Assembly: GCA_046759445.1 (NCBI GenBank)
Contig: JBHICG010000004.1
Coordinates: 1 to 64,000 of the forward strand
DNA length: 64,000 nt
Direction: 5' to 3'
Origin: Candidatus Scalinduaceae bacterium
Lineage (GTDB): Bacteria; Planctomycetota; Brocadiia; Brocadiales; Scalinduaceae
Made by a program: the position numbers and the translations under genes. The notes beneath the pieces were generated by a model. It was not told the DNA's origin. It ran no database searches and saw only the letters and a list, made by a program, of their open reading frames with translations. Shown here in pieces: positions 21,345-30,879 of the stretch (the stretch's first letter is position 1; each line of letters starts with the position of its first letter).

Positions 21345-21493
21345 ATTAGCAATTTTACACGCATGTTAAAAAAAAACAAAATTACATAGCCCTTGTTCTA
21401 ACTATCGTTTATTGACGCACATAAAAACAGATTTAAAACAAACCCTTCTTAAGAAAACAAAATAATCCATCGAATTTCTGAGACTTTTAACTA

Positions 21494-21570
21494 TGGCGAG
21501 GCCGACGGGACTCGAACCCGCAACTTCCAGATCGACAGTCTGGTACTCTAACCAATTGAGCTACGGCCCC
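21494..21570 (-). tRNA. tRNA-Asp(GTC)
   Basis: GGGGCCGTAGCTCAATTGG..CCAGA-CTGTCGA-TCTGG..GGTTCGAGTCC..GCCA. Confidence 0.95.
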
Positions 21571-21644
21571 ATTCTTACCTAATAATTATTTTCAAACCAA
21601 AATCATAACCCAAAGACGGCTATAAATTTCAATCTCTATATTAA

Positions 21645-21721
21645 TGGTGGGCGATATAGGACTCGAACCTATGACCTCTTGCTTGTAAGGCAAGCGCTCT
21701 AGCCAATTGAGCTAATCGCCC
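21645..21721 (-). tRNA. tRNA-Val(TAC)
   Basis: GGGCGATTAGCTCAATTGG..CTTGC-CTTACAA-GCAAG..GGTTCGAGTCC..ACCA. Confidence 0.95.
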
Positions 21722-21739
21722 TCATAATAACCAAAATCA

Positions 21740-21767
21740 AGTTTAGCATTATGAGCTATTATGTCAA
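21740..21767 (-). promoter_or_regulatory. sigma70-type promoter of the tRNA cluster
   Basis: TTGACA-16 bp-TAAACT with extended -10 TG, 18 bp upstream of tRNA-Val. Confidence 0.6.
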
Positions 21768-21802
21768 TAAATTTTTGAATTTGTACCCAAACCAACTTAT
21801 CC

Positions 21803-21831
21803 TTGACTTAACAAATAGTCAAGTTTATATT
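21803..21831 (+). promoter_or_regulatory. sigma70-type promoter for the S41 protease gene, overlapping a palindrome
   Basis: TTGACT-17 bp-TATATT; CTTGACT-N8-AGTCAAG inverted repeat. Confidence 0.5.
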
Positions 21832-21904
21832 ATAGGTTGAAATTACCAATAGAAAACAAACTAGTAATTTACAGGAAATCTTTTAATGAGGTAAATTTCA
21901 AATA

Positions 21905-24900
21905 ATGTTTAAGAGAAACTGTATCAGCAATTTATTACTCCCAATAATTATACTTTCAATAGTTATCTTTGTTGCTATATCAAATAGTAACTCATTTAAC
22001 AAAGATTTTAATGCAGAGGTTAATCAAGCAAATGCAACATACAAATTCCGCTTGGTTGGTGTGGTATGCTCATACCTGAATAGATTATATGTTGAACCGG
22101 ACAGAATAAAACCCAAGGAAATGTTAAAGGAATCACTTACCTGGCTAGAGAGAATAATTCCTGAGGTACGTGTCAACATAGACGACGAATCAGACGAAAT
22201 AATGATTTCAGTTGATAAACTTTCAAAAGCAGTCGATATCTCCCGCATACGACGCCTGAGTGAATTATACAATACCCTGAATGATGCCTTACATTTCATT
22301 AATGAAAATAAAAGCCATAAAATCAAAGCAGAGGATATTGAATACGCTGCAATTAATGGGATGCTCTCGCAACTAGACCCACATTCCATCATATTCCCTC
22401 CTGCAGATTTTAATGAATTTAAAATTGGAACATCAGGTAAATTTGGTGGGCTTGGCATGGTAGTAGGCCTAAGGGACGGAATACTAACCGTTATTTCCCC
22501 CATTGAAGGAACCCCCGCATATAGGGCAGGTCTCAAACCAGGAGATAAAATTGTAGCAATTGACGAAGACTCAACCGTCAATATGTCGTTACCGGAGGCT
22601 GTAAGCAAGCTCAGAGGCGATCCTTCTACTACTGTTATTTTAGTAATAGAAAGTGGCAAATCCAGGATAAGTAAGACAATCACATTAGTAAGAGAAATTA
22701 TTGCTATACCAAGTGTTGATTCAAAATTAATTGAGGATAACGTTGGATACATAAAGATAAGGAATTTCCAAGAAGATACATCTCAAACCTTAGAAAAACA
22801 CATTGCTCAACTAACGGCAAAAAGCGGTAAATTAAAAGGGTTTATTCTAGACCTTCGGAATAATTCAGGGGGGTTGCTAGATCAGGCAATTGCTGTGGCA
22901 GACAAATTTCTTTCATCAGGCGTTATAGTGATAACCGTTGGGCCAATGGGTAAACATGAAAAATTACAAAAAGCTACAAATTCGCCAAAAGATATTGATA
23001 AATCACCATTAGTAGTAATTATTGACGCCGGAAGTGCATCCGGCGCGGAAATTGTTGCCGGCGCACTAAAAGATAATAATCGCTCTATCCTTATTGGCGA
23101 TCTCAGTTTCGGCAAGGGCTCTATACAACAACTAATTGACCTAATGAACGGCGCAGCATTAAAACTTACAATAGGAAAGTATCTAACCCCAAACTTTACC
23201 GATATTCAATCAGTAGGTATAACCCCTGACATCTTGCTTGCCCAAACACATATTACAAAAGATGAAATTATTATGTTTAACGAAGATATTTACGCCAGAG
23301 AAAAGGACTTAAAGAAACATTTGGAAGAAAATTCAAAAACTGAACAACCATATGAAAAAATCAAATATCTTTCAATCGTTGACAACAACAAAGAAAAAGA
23401 AATTGAAGATGAAGATTATTATAAACTCCCAGACCTGAAGAAAGATACACACGTCCAATTTGCCAAGAAATTTATTCTTAACGCAACATCAAATAGAAGA
23501 ATAGACATTTTAAAACAAGAAAACTTAATAATAGAAGGTTTCAAAAAAAATGAAGAGGAAAAAATTTCATCAGCATTAAGTTCCCTTGGAATCAATTGGT
23601 CTACTGGCAAAACAACCACACCATCAGTAGCAACTGCTTCCTTGCGTTTAACACCACCCACTGGAAACATCAACGCAGATGAAGAAATAACAATAGAAAT
23701 CAATGTTACCAACAATGATAAAGGCCCCTTATACCAATTAAGCGGAATAACTGAATCTAAAAATCCACTCTTTGACAAACATGAGTTTATTTTTGGCAAG
23801 ATTGAAAAAAATACTACAAAAACATCAACCAAAAAAATTAAAATTCCTCAAAACGCCCTAAGCAGGAAAGATGAACTTTCCATTAAGTTTACTGAACTAA
23901 ACGGTTATGCCCCAGAAGATATAAAAGGTATAATATCAATTGAGGCATTACCTAAGCCTATTTTTGCTTATTCGTATCAGATAATTGATGAAGGTGAAGG
24001 GTTAAAAGGAAACGGTGACGGAATAATACAAAAAGGGGAAGTCGTTTATTTGGTTTTTTCCATTAAAAACATTGGCCAAGGCGCATCAGAAAAGAATATT
24101 ATCGCCCTGCGAGATTTGAGTCATAAAGAAGTTTTTATAAAAAGAGGCAAGATGGAATTGGGCAAATTACTCCCGGGGGAATCAAAATCCGCTAAATTGA
24201 AGCTCTCAGTAAGGGATACTTTAGAAGCCAACAATTTTACCGTTAATATCACTATTGCAGACACTACTTTTGGAACTCGCCTATCTGATAAAATGACAAT
24301 CTATGTAGATCAAAATAATACTACCAATATAATGCAATTAACTAAAAAGATTTTAAAAGTAACAGAAAACGATGTACCTATATACAATGGCAATTCGACT
24401 TCAACTCCCATAATAACCTATGTAAGCAAAGGAGCAATTCTTGCTGCTGATAAAGAAACACAAACATGGTTTCGTATCAAATTCCCTGAGGGAAGGTTTG
24501 GTTGGATAACTTCTGATAACGTAGAAATCAATAATCTTGGTGAATTCAATTCGCAAAAATCTCCAGATCTTTTCTTACAAAATGTTCCACCTCTAATAGA
24601 ATTCGATATGCAAAAGCCTTATGAAATAGTTAGTATGGAACATTTATCCCTGTCTGGCATAGTTAGAGATGATAAAAAAGTAAAATACGTCTATATTCTT
24701 GTAAATAATGATAAGGTGTTTTACAAATCTAATAAAGGGGATTCTGAGGCAGATGAATCTAAACTATCCTTCGACAGTGACATTCCACTTGAGGAAGGGC
24801 CAAACGTTATTTCCGTAGTTGCCAGAGACGATCAAGATTTATTATCAACGAAATCATTTATTATTACAAAAAAACCCTCCCTAGTCAAAAACCTCAAACA

Positions 24901-24910
24901 TAATAACTAA
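21905..24910 (+). CDS. S41 carboxyl-terminal processing protease with PDZ domain and long C-terminal extension
   Basis: LDPHS, GKFGGLG, PIEGTPAYRAG (PDZ), DLRNNSGGLL, SASGAEIVAGAL, FGKG catalytic motifs. Confidence 0.9.
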   Translation: MFKRNCISNLLLPIIILSIVIFVAISNSNSFNKDFNAEVNQANATYKFRLVGVVCSYLNRLYVEPDRIKPKEMLKESLTWLERIIPEVRVNIDDESDEIMISVDKLSKAVDISRIRRLSELYNTLNDALHFINENKSHKIKAEDIEYAAINGMLSQLDPHSIIFPPADFNEFKIGTSGKFGGLGMVVGLRDGILTVISPIEGTPAYRAGLKPGDKIVAIDEDSTVNMSLPEAVSKLRGDPSTTVILVIESGKSRISKTITLVREIIAIPSVDSKLIEDNVGYIKIRNFQEDTSQTLEKHIAQLTAKSGKLKGFILDLRNNSGGLLDQAIAVADKFLSSGVIVITVGPMGKHEKLQKATNSPKDIDKSPLVVIIDAGSASGAEIVAGALKDNNRSILIGDLSFGKGSIQQLIDLMNGAALKLTIGKYLTPNFTDIQSVGITPDILLAQTHITKDEIIMFNEDIYAREKDLKKHLEENSKTEQPYEKIKYLSIVDNNKEKEIEDEDYYKLPDLKKDTHVQFAKKFILNATSNRRIDILKQENLIIEGFKKNEEEKISSALSSLGINWSTGKTTTPSVATASLRLTPPTGNINADEEITIEINVTNNDKGPLYQLSGITESKNPLFDKHEFIFGKIEKNTTKTSTKKIKIPQNALSRKDELSIKFTELNGYAPEDIKGIISIEALPKPIFAYSYQIIDEGEGLKGNGDGIIQKGEVVYLVFSIKNIGQGASEKNIIALRDLSHKEVFIKRGKMELGKLLPGESKSAKLKLSVRDTLEANNFTVNITIADTTFGTRLSDKMTIYVDQNNTTNIMQLTKKILKVTENDVPIYNGNSTSTPIITYVSKGAILAADKETQTWFRIKFPEGRFGWITSDNVEINNLGEFNSQKSPDLFLQNVPPLIEFDMQKPYEIVSMEHLSLSGIVRDDKKVKYVYILVNNDKVFYKSNKGDSEADESKLSFDSDIPLEEGPNVISVVARDDQDLLSTKSFIITKKPSLVKNLKHNN

Positions 24911-25043
24911 TTCTGGCAAAATCCCCCCTCGGCTTGATACACCAATTTGGGAATTTCTAATACTAATAAAAGAGATTTTTTAATATCAGTATTGAACATT
25001 AGCTCACGGGTATAACATCGCGTTATATAGACACTAACCAAAA

Positions 25044-26234
25044 TCACTTATAGGGTTCACACCTAAAATACTCGCTAAGCACTTTTGCCACTTCAGGGCG
25101 GGTAAAGACAGGTGGGGGCGCTTTGCCTTTTTTAAGCATATTCCGAACCTCTGTTCCGCTCAATGAAACATGGTTTGAAGAATCATGCGGACACGTTTTA
25201 TACGATGCCATACCAAGACAAAGGTTACAATAAAAGGTATAATCAAAAAATAATGGTGTAATACCAATCTCTAAAGAATCAAACTCTTCAAATATGTAAT
25301 GTGCATCAAAACTGCCATAATAACTTCCCACACCAGCATGATCCCTTCCAACGATAAAATGCGTACATCCATAATTTCTCCTAATTATAGCATGAAAAAC
25401 TGCTTCTCTGGGTCCTGCATATCTCATGGCAGCAGGAAACACAGAAAAAGCTACTCTGTCTTTAGGGTAATACTTATCCAATAGCACCTCATAGCTTTTT
25501 ATGCGCACATCAGCGGGAATATCATCTCCCTTGGTTTCACCTACAAGGGGGTGTAAAAATATGCCGTCTACGATCTCTAAGGCACACTTCTGTATATATT
25601 CATGCGCTCTGTGTACGGGATTTCTGGTTTGAAACCCCACTGTCCTCCTCCACCCCTTCTTAGAAAACAAACGCCTTGTCTCAGCAGGATCTAGCCTGTA
25701 TTTAGAGAGGCTTTTGTGTTTCGGCCTATTGATTATGCTAATTCTTCCACCTAAAATAACATCTCCCATCTTGTAAACATAATCTACGCCTGGATGCATC
25801 TTTGTATTTGTTCCATAAACCTCAAGGGCTTCCTTATTTTTGTCATGATGAAACTTTTCCTCCAGATGCAAAACAGCAATTGAATTTTCTACTGAATCAA
25901 TTAGAACAATATCTTCGCCTTCCTTAAACCCTTTCGCTTCTTCCTTAGTAGTTGAAAGAGTTACAGGAATAGTCCATGGAAGACCGTTAGCCAACCTCAT
26001 TACATCGATAACATTTTCGTAGTCATCCTTGCACATAAATCCAGTTAGAGGGCTCATGGCACCAACAGCAATCAGTTCCAGATCTGATATTTCCCTGTAA
26101 TTAATCCTTAACTTCCTCATGCAATTGCTTTGTGCCCTTTCCTTGAGTTCATCCCTTTCTTCTCCTACCAATATTCTGTTTACGAGCTTGCCACCGTATG
26201 GTTTAATATTTTCTATCATCATTCCCTTTTTCAA
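25044..26234 (-). CDS. sat: Sulfate adenylyltransferase (Sat type); start may be a few codons downstream
   Basis: FQTRNPVHRAHEY, MRYAGPREA, HFIVGRDHAG, LSGTEVR. Confidence 0.96.
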   Translation of the reverse strand: MKKGMMIENIKPYGGKLVNRILVGEERDELKERAQSNCMRKLRINYREISDLELIAVGAMSPLTGFMCKDDYENVIDVMRLANGLPWTIPVTLSTTKEEAKGFKEGEDIVLIDSVENSIAVLHLEEKFHHDKNKEALEVYGTNTKMHPGVDYVYKMGDVILGGRISIINRPKHKSLSKYRLDPAETRRLFSKKGWRRTVGFQTRNPVHRAHEYIQKCALEIVDGIFLHPLVGETKGDDIPADVRIKSYEVLLDKYYPKDRVAFSVFPAAMRYAGPREAVFHAIIRRNYGCTHFIVGRDHAGVGSYYGSFDAHYIFEEFDSLEIGITPLFFDYTFYCNLCLGMASYKTCPHDSSNHVSLSGTEVRNMLKKGKAPPPVFTRPEVAKVLSEYFRCEPYK

Positions 26235-26547
26235 TAGTTGCAGGAATTACAAACTTTTCCTTTACACCATTCCCATTTTCTATTTCCCAAATAGTATATC
26301 GTTTTTTGCATCGTGCCCTCATTGAGGTGTTACTTTTTATTATTTGAGATGGTAATTTCAGGTCTATAGCCTGAACAGGACACGCCTTTACACATGCACC
26401 ACATGTCCAGCAATCTGCCTGCGATCGGATTTCCGCCTTGTGAAGCTTATTACGAAACAGTAAATCACCAGGACAAATCCTCTCACAAAGTGTTTCTTTA
26501 AGCTTACCACATCCATTGCATACGTTATTAACTATAACAATACTCAA
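26203..26547 (-). CDS. aprB: Adenylylsulfate reductase beta subunit (2x4Fe-4S)
   Basis: CNGC...CERICPGDL...CWTCGACVKACP; between aprA and sat. Confidence 0.88.
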   Translation of the reverse strand: MSIVIVNNVCNGCGKLKETLCERICPGDLLFRNKLHKAEIRSQADCWTCGACVKACPVQAIDLKLPSQIIKSNTSMRARCKKRYTIWEIENGNGVKEKFVIPATIEKGNDDRKY

Positions 26548-28270
26548 TTTTTTCCAAAGGCCTTTCTATAAATTTTAACCGGTCACCCTCAGAGTCATAA
26601 ACAGAATTAACAAACCTAAGCCAGTTTACATCATTTCTTTCTGGATAATCAAGGCGAGTTTGATAATACGGCCAGCGTGTTTCTTTCCTATAAATAAGGT
26701 GTTCTACCAAAACCTTTGCAACGACAATCCTATCCACTAATTCCAAACATGAGACCAGCTCGTGGTTATTTTTAGAACAAAGTTGTTTTGACTCATTCTC
26801 CAGGTTTCTGAGTTTTTCCCTGGCAACCATTAGCTTAGACTCTGTCATTTCATAGCCCGCTGTTACTCCGCCAGCATATTCATCCATTACTGTCTGAAAA
26901 GCTTGTTCTAGTTCATCAGGAGATATTCCATTATTGCTTTTCATCATATTCAATATTCTTTCTTTTTCTTCATTTATTTTCTTTATATCCACACGTAATG
27001 CTCCAATATCCTTTATTTCTTCGATAGCTGTACTTGCCGCTATTTTTCCTTCAACCCAAGCACCGCTTACATATTTTTTTGGAGCACCACCTGCCACATC
27101 ACCAGCAGCATATAAACCTTTTATTGTCGTTCTTCTTTCTTCATCAATCCAATAACCAGCCTGACAATGCCCTCCAACTATAACTGGTTCCATACCGCCA
27201 ATTCCCACAAGATGTTCTATAGGACCATATCCATTATTTGCCCACAAAAGAACAATAGCCGGATTCATGTTTAAATAAGCCTCCTTGAACCCCTTCTCTT
27301 CTTCTATACTCAAACATCTGGTATCCAGGTAGCAAGGGCCTCTACCTGCTTTGCTTTCCTGCACAGTTGCCCATAATCGATGGAGAGACAAACATTTTCT
27401 ACCTCCAAGGTGTTTATATCGTTTCTCCAGATATTCCTCTCCATAGGCATTCCTTTGTCTTATGTCTGACCCCTGTGCTATAGTGCCTGTTGGGGCATTA
27501 ACGTCTCTAACCCTTAAGGGAATAAATCTATTTTCAAAACTTGTCATCTCCGCACCAATACGAATGCCCATTGCATAACCCGTGCCCACATTCCACGGAC
27601 AGTACCAGGTTGTATTACGCGCATCACCTGTATTTATTGGCCTATAAATTCTTGTTGCTCCACCCGTTGTCACTATCACGGCCCTGGCATAAATAACATA
27701 AAGCCTGCCATCCCGCACTCCGAATCCATAAGTTCCTCTAACTCGTCCATCACTGAAGATAAAATTTGTAGCTACCACCCTGTTTAGGACTTTTACCCCT
27801 TCACGATACACTGCGGATGCGAGAATAGGTTTAAGCCTCTCGCCGTATATCTTTATGCTTCTCTTTCCTCTGTTACGATAATTACCATACTTATCCTTTT
27901 CTATAGGAAGTCCTAATTCTTCCACCTGTTTAACTGACTCATTAAGACCCTTTGCTATTGAATACACCAAATCTTCTCTAATGACTCCCAAAAATTCATC
28001 TTTTACATACTTTACATACGTTTCAGGAGTCTGGTCGGGGTCTATATAGGCGTTTATTGCGTTCAGCCCCATTGCAAGGCATCCACTTCTTTCGATATGC
28101 GCCTTTTCCATAATAATACACTTAAGCCCTGGGAGAAGCTTATTCGCTTCAATAGCCGCCATACACCCCGCCGCACCACCTCCAATAATCAAAATATCAG
28201 TGTCCAACTGTACTGTAGAAATATCTGTCATAGCTAAATTCAGGCACTTTCGTACCATTTCCGTTTCCAT
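26528..28270 (-). CDS. aprA: Adenylylsulfate reductase alpha subunit (FAD); start possibly MTDIS at 28231
   Basis: IIGGGAAG, EKAHIERSGCLAMGLNAINAY, WYCPWNVGTGY, GAEMTSFENRF, RKETRWP. Confidence 0.92.
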   Translation of the reverse strand: METEMVRKCLNLAMTDISTVQLDTDILIIGGGAAGCMAAIEANKLLPGLKCIIMEKAHIERSGCLAMGLNAINAYIDPDQTPETYVKYVKDEFLGVIREDLVYSIAKGLNESVKQVEELGLPIEKDKYGNYRNRGKRSIKIYGERLKPILASAVYREGVKVLNRVVATNFIFSDGRVRGTYGFGVRDGRLYVIYARAVIVTTGGATRIYRPINTGDARNTTWYCPWNVGTGYAMGIRIGAEMTSFENRFIPLRVRDVNAPTGTIAQGSDIRQRNAYGEEYLEKRYKHLGGRKCLSLHRLWATVQESKAGRGPCYLDTRCLSIEEEKGFKEAYLNMNPAIVLLWANNGYGPIEHLVGIGGMEPVIVGGHCQAGYWIDEERRTTIKGLYAAGDVAGGAPKKYVSGAWVEGKIAASTAIEEIKDIGALRVDIKKINEEKERILNMMKSNNGISPDELEQAFQTVMDEYAGGVTAGYEMTESKLMVAREKLRNLENESKQLCSKNNHELVSCLELVDRIVVAKVLVEHLIYRKETRWPYYQTRLDYPERNDVNWLRFVNSVYDSEGDRLKFIERPLEKIEYCYS

Positions 28271-28292
28271 AGTATCATTACATTATTTCATA

Positions 28293-28757
28293 CTATTCAT
28301 CTATAATCCTGACTTCACATTTAACCTTTTCTTTCAATTCAGCCACTGCTGAACCAAAAATAAACCTTGACAGGCCAGACCTTTTTCTCCTCGTTATTAT
28401 GATCAGGTTTACCTTTTCTGCCTCAACGATCGATAAAGTTACGTCCACTAATTTGCCTTTTCTAACAATAGATTTACAACGGACCCCCACACTTTTTGCT
28501 ATGGCTTCAATTTCTGCAATCTTATCTCTCCCCTGTATTGAATATTCATCCAACATAGCATTAAAAAGGTTCTCGGTTGGTTTCCCTCCGATCCACCCCT
28601 CCTCAGTCAATTTGTCAAATATCTTCTGTGGTACTTCGTAATCAACAACAAAAAGTATGACTAGTTTTGCCTTTTTTCTACAGGCTATATCTACCGCCTC
28701 TTTGATGCACTTATTTGATTTCCTTGTAGTTGAAAGTATTAAAAGTATTTTGTCCAT
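28293..28757 (-). CDS. Universal stress protein domain protein
   Basis: USP pattern: KILL..A.DIA...KLVILFVVD...RKG...NLIII..FIFGSAVAELKEKVKCEVRII. Confidence 0.75.
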   Translation of the reverse strand: MDKILLILSTTRKSNKCIKEAVDIACRKKAKLVILFVVDYEVPQKIFDKLTEEGWIGGKPTENLFNAMLDEYSIQGRDKIAEIEAIAKSVGVRCKSIVRKGKLVDVTLSIVEAEKVNLIIITRRKRSGLSRFIFGSAVAELKEKVKCEVRIIDE

Positions 28758-28773
28758 TAATTTGAAGTTGAAA

Positions 28774-30171
28774 TTACAACTTAAGGCCTATAAGTGGCCA
28801 GTAATAATAGGCAAAAATATTGAAAAACATCCATGCAGAGATTTTCAGTATTATCCCACTAATTAATGTATCACGTGGTTTAATGAAAGCTGATGAATAC
28901 GCAATGGCGACTGCTGGTGTACCCATGGGCAGAATAAAAGCCAAGCCTGATGGGACGGTTACGGCTAATGTAGTAATTATGGGATTTATTGAAAAATTCA
29001 TTGCAAGACCTATGGTTATAGGCATCAAGAGCGCAATTACTGCTGTGTTGCTTATAGCTTCGGTCAAAATAATTGCAACAAATGATATTATCAAAATCAA
29101 AACAAACGGTGATTGAATTGATCCTAAAATAGTTATATCTACTAACCATTTAGTTGCACCTGTTTTTCCCAAAGCAAAACCAAGACATATTGCGCCTCCA
29201 TACATAAGTATTAGTCCCCAATTTACATCTTCCTCTACTTCTCTCCATCGCATTAGGTTAAAAATAAATGCGATAACCACTGCAGCTAACGCAATGTTAG
29301 CTAGCCCATATTCTTCTCCAAAACATATCCAGGAGAAAATAGTTCCTGCCATAAGCATTCCGATAAACCATTCTTTTCGTTTCATCCTTCCTATGCAAGC
29401 AACTCTATTAATCAAGAATAACCTAGCCCTTCCGATGTCTTTTACTTCGATTGGGAAAAGCAAGATTAGCAACCAATACGCAACAACAAGCATTACTATA
29501 ACAGTTGGTAATGTCGCCAATGTCCATTTGATGAAACCAATAGATTCGCCTGTAGCATCCCGAAGTATACCAACAGCCAAAGGAGCTCTTGCACCACCCA
29601 AAAATGTAGCTACTCCCCCAATAACACATCCCCACGCCATTGCCAGAAACAGCGCCCTACCATAATTGCTCTCTGTTGGTTTCAACTCCAAACTCTCAGC
29701 AATAGCCGTTACAATAGGAAACATCATTGCAGCAACAGCGTGTTCTGACATCCAAAATGAAAAAAATGCCGACAGTGCAATAACACCCAATAACAATACC
29801 CTGGGTGAATGACCAAACCATTTCAGGAACACCAAGGCCATTCGAGTACTCAAGCCCGTCCTCATAACCGAAGAAGCTAAAATAAAAGCTCCGAGAATAA
29901 AAAAAACAGCCTGATTGCCAAAAAGAGCGTAAGTTTTATCAGCTGGCAAAACCCCCATAAGAGGAAAAAGTATAATTGCAAGCAGGCTTGTTATCATTAA
30001 TGGTATTACATGGCTAATCCAGAAAATAACACAAAGTGCGAAAATAGCTAACGCCTTTTTCCCACCATCTGTAAGTCCTTGCGGTGTCGGCAAATAAAGC
30101 ATAACGGCAAACAACAATACCGCAAAAAAGATAACAACATAACGATAATTTTCTGAAACAGATGTTTTCAA
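28774..30171 (-). CDS. DASS/SLC13 sodium:anion symporter, probably sulfate uptake
   Basis: IGGVATFLGGARA, TEAISNTA, LAFILPMGTP motifs; in the sat/apr cluster. Confidence 0.85.
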   Translation of the reverse strand: MKTSVSENYRYVVIFFAVLLFAVMLYLPTPQGLTDGGKKALAIFALCVIFWISHVIPLMITSLLAIILFPLMGVLPADKTYALFGNQAVFFILGAFILASSVMRTGLSTRMALVFLKWFGHSPRVLLLGVIALSAFFSFWMSEHAVAAMMFPIVTAIAESLELKPTESNYGRALFLAMAWGCVIGGVATFLGGARAPLAVGILRDATGESIGFIKWTLATLPTVIVMLVVAYWLLILLFPIEVKDIGRARLFLINRVACIGRMKRKEWFIGMLMAGTIFSWICFGEEYGLANIALAAVVIAFIFNLMRWREVEEDVNWGLILMYGGAICLGFALGKTGATKWLVDITILGSIQSPFVLILIISFVAIILTEAISNTAVIALLMPITIGLAMNFSINPIITTLAVTVPSGLAFILPMGTPAVAIAYSSAFIKPRDTLISGIILKISAWMFFNIFAYYYWPLIGLKL

Positions 30172-30247
30172 TTTGTTTATTTTAGACTATTATATTAACA
30201 TTACTTTGTTTGCAACTTAGTCAACAATATACTTAAAAAAAATCAAA

Positions 30248-30694
30248 TTAAAACATTGCCCCTTCTTTCTGTGTTTTTTCCTGTGCAATAAGATCTTTTA
30301 TTGTAATGTTTTCTATACTTGCCAACATTGCATCATACATTTTTTTCCATAAATCCTTCAACACACAAGAAGCCTCTACCGAACACCATGCAGAAATAGA
30401 TGTTATCCTTTCGTTTACACAATCAATCGGCGCCAATGAACCCTCAAACATCTCGATTATCTCTCTAACGCTTATTTCACTTGGATCTTTGGCAAGACGA
30501 TGTCCACCATTTGCTCCCCTAACACTAACTATTACCCCTGCATTTCTGAGTGTCAGCAGTATTCGTTCAATAAATGTTCTTGGAATATCCCTGCATCTAG
30601 CAATTTCTCTACTTAAAACAAAACCCTTACCATACCGTTGCCCCAATTCCAAAAGCGCTAAAATTGCATATTCTGTCTTACTGGACAATTTCAT
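30248..30694 (-). CDS. Rrf2-family transcriptional regulator with three C-terminal Cys
   Basis: SKTEYAILAL, SVRGANGGHRLAK, IDC...WCSVEASCVL. Confidence 0.92.
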   Translation of the reverse strand: MKLSSKTEYAILALLELGQRYGKGFVLSREIARCRDIPRTFIERILLTLRNAGVIVSVRGANGGHRLAKDPSEISVREIIEMFEGSLAPIDCVNERITSISAWCSVEASCVLKDLWKKMYDAMLASIENITIKDLIAQEKTQKEGAMF

Positions 30695-30879
30695 TTTGAC
30701 TCCTACTATTTAGCCATTTGTTAAAAGTGAAAAATATTGCATGTCAGTACCTAAGCCTTTTCCAAATCAAACTTTAGAATAGTATCTTGAAGAATGATAA
30801 TTCTTGATTCTCTTTAAAACAAAGTCAAGATATCACCTTTAAACATTTTTGTCAATAAATTTTTTACAACCTATAATCA

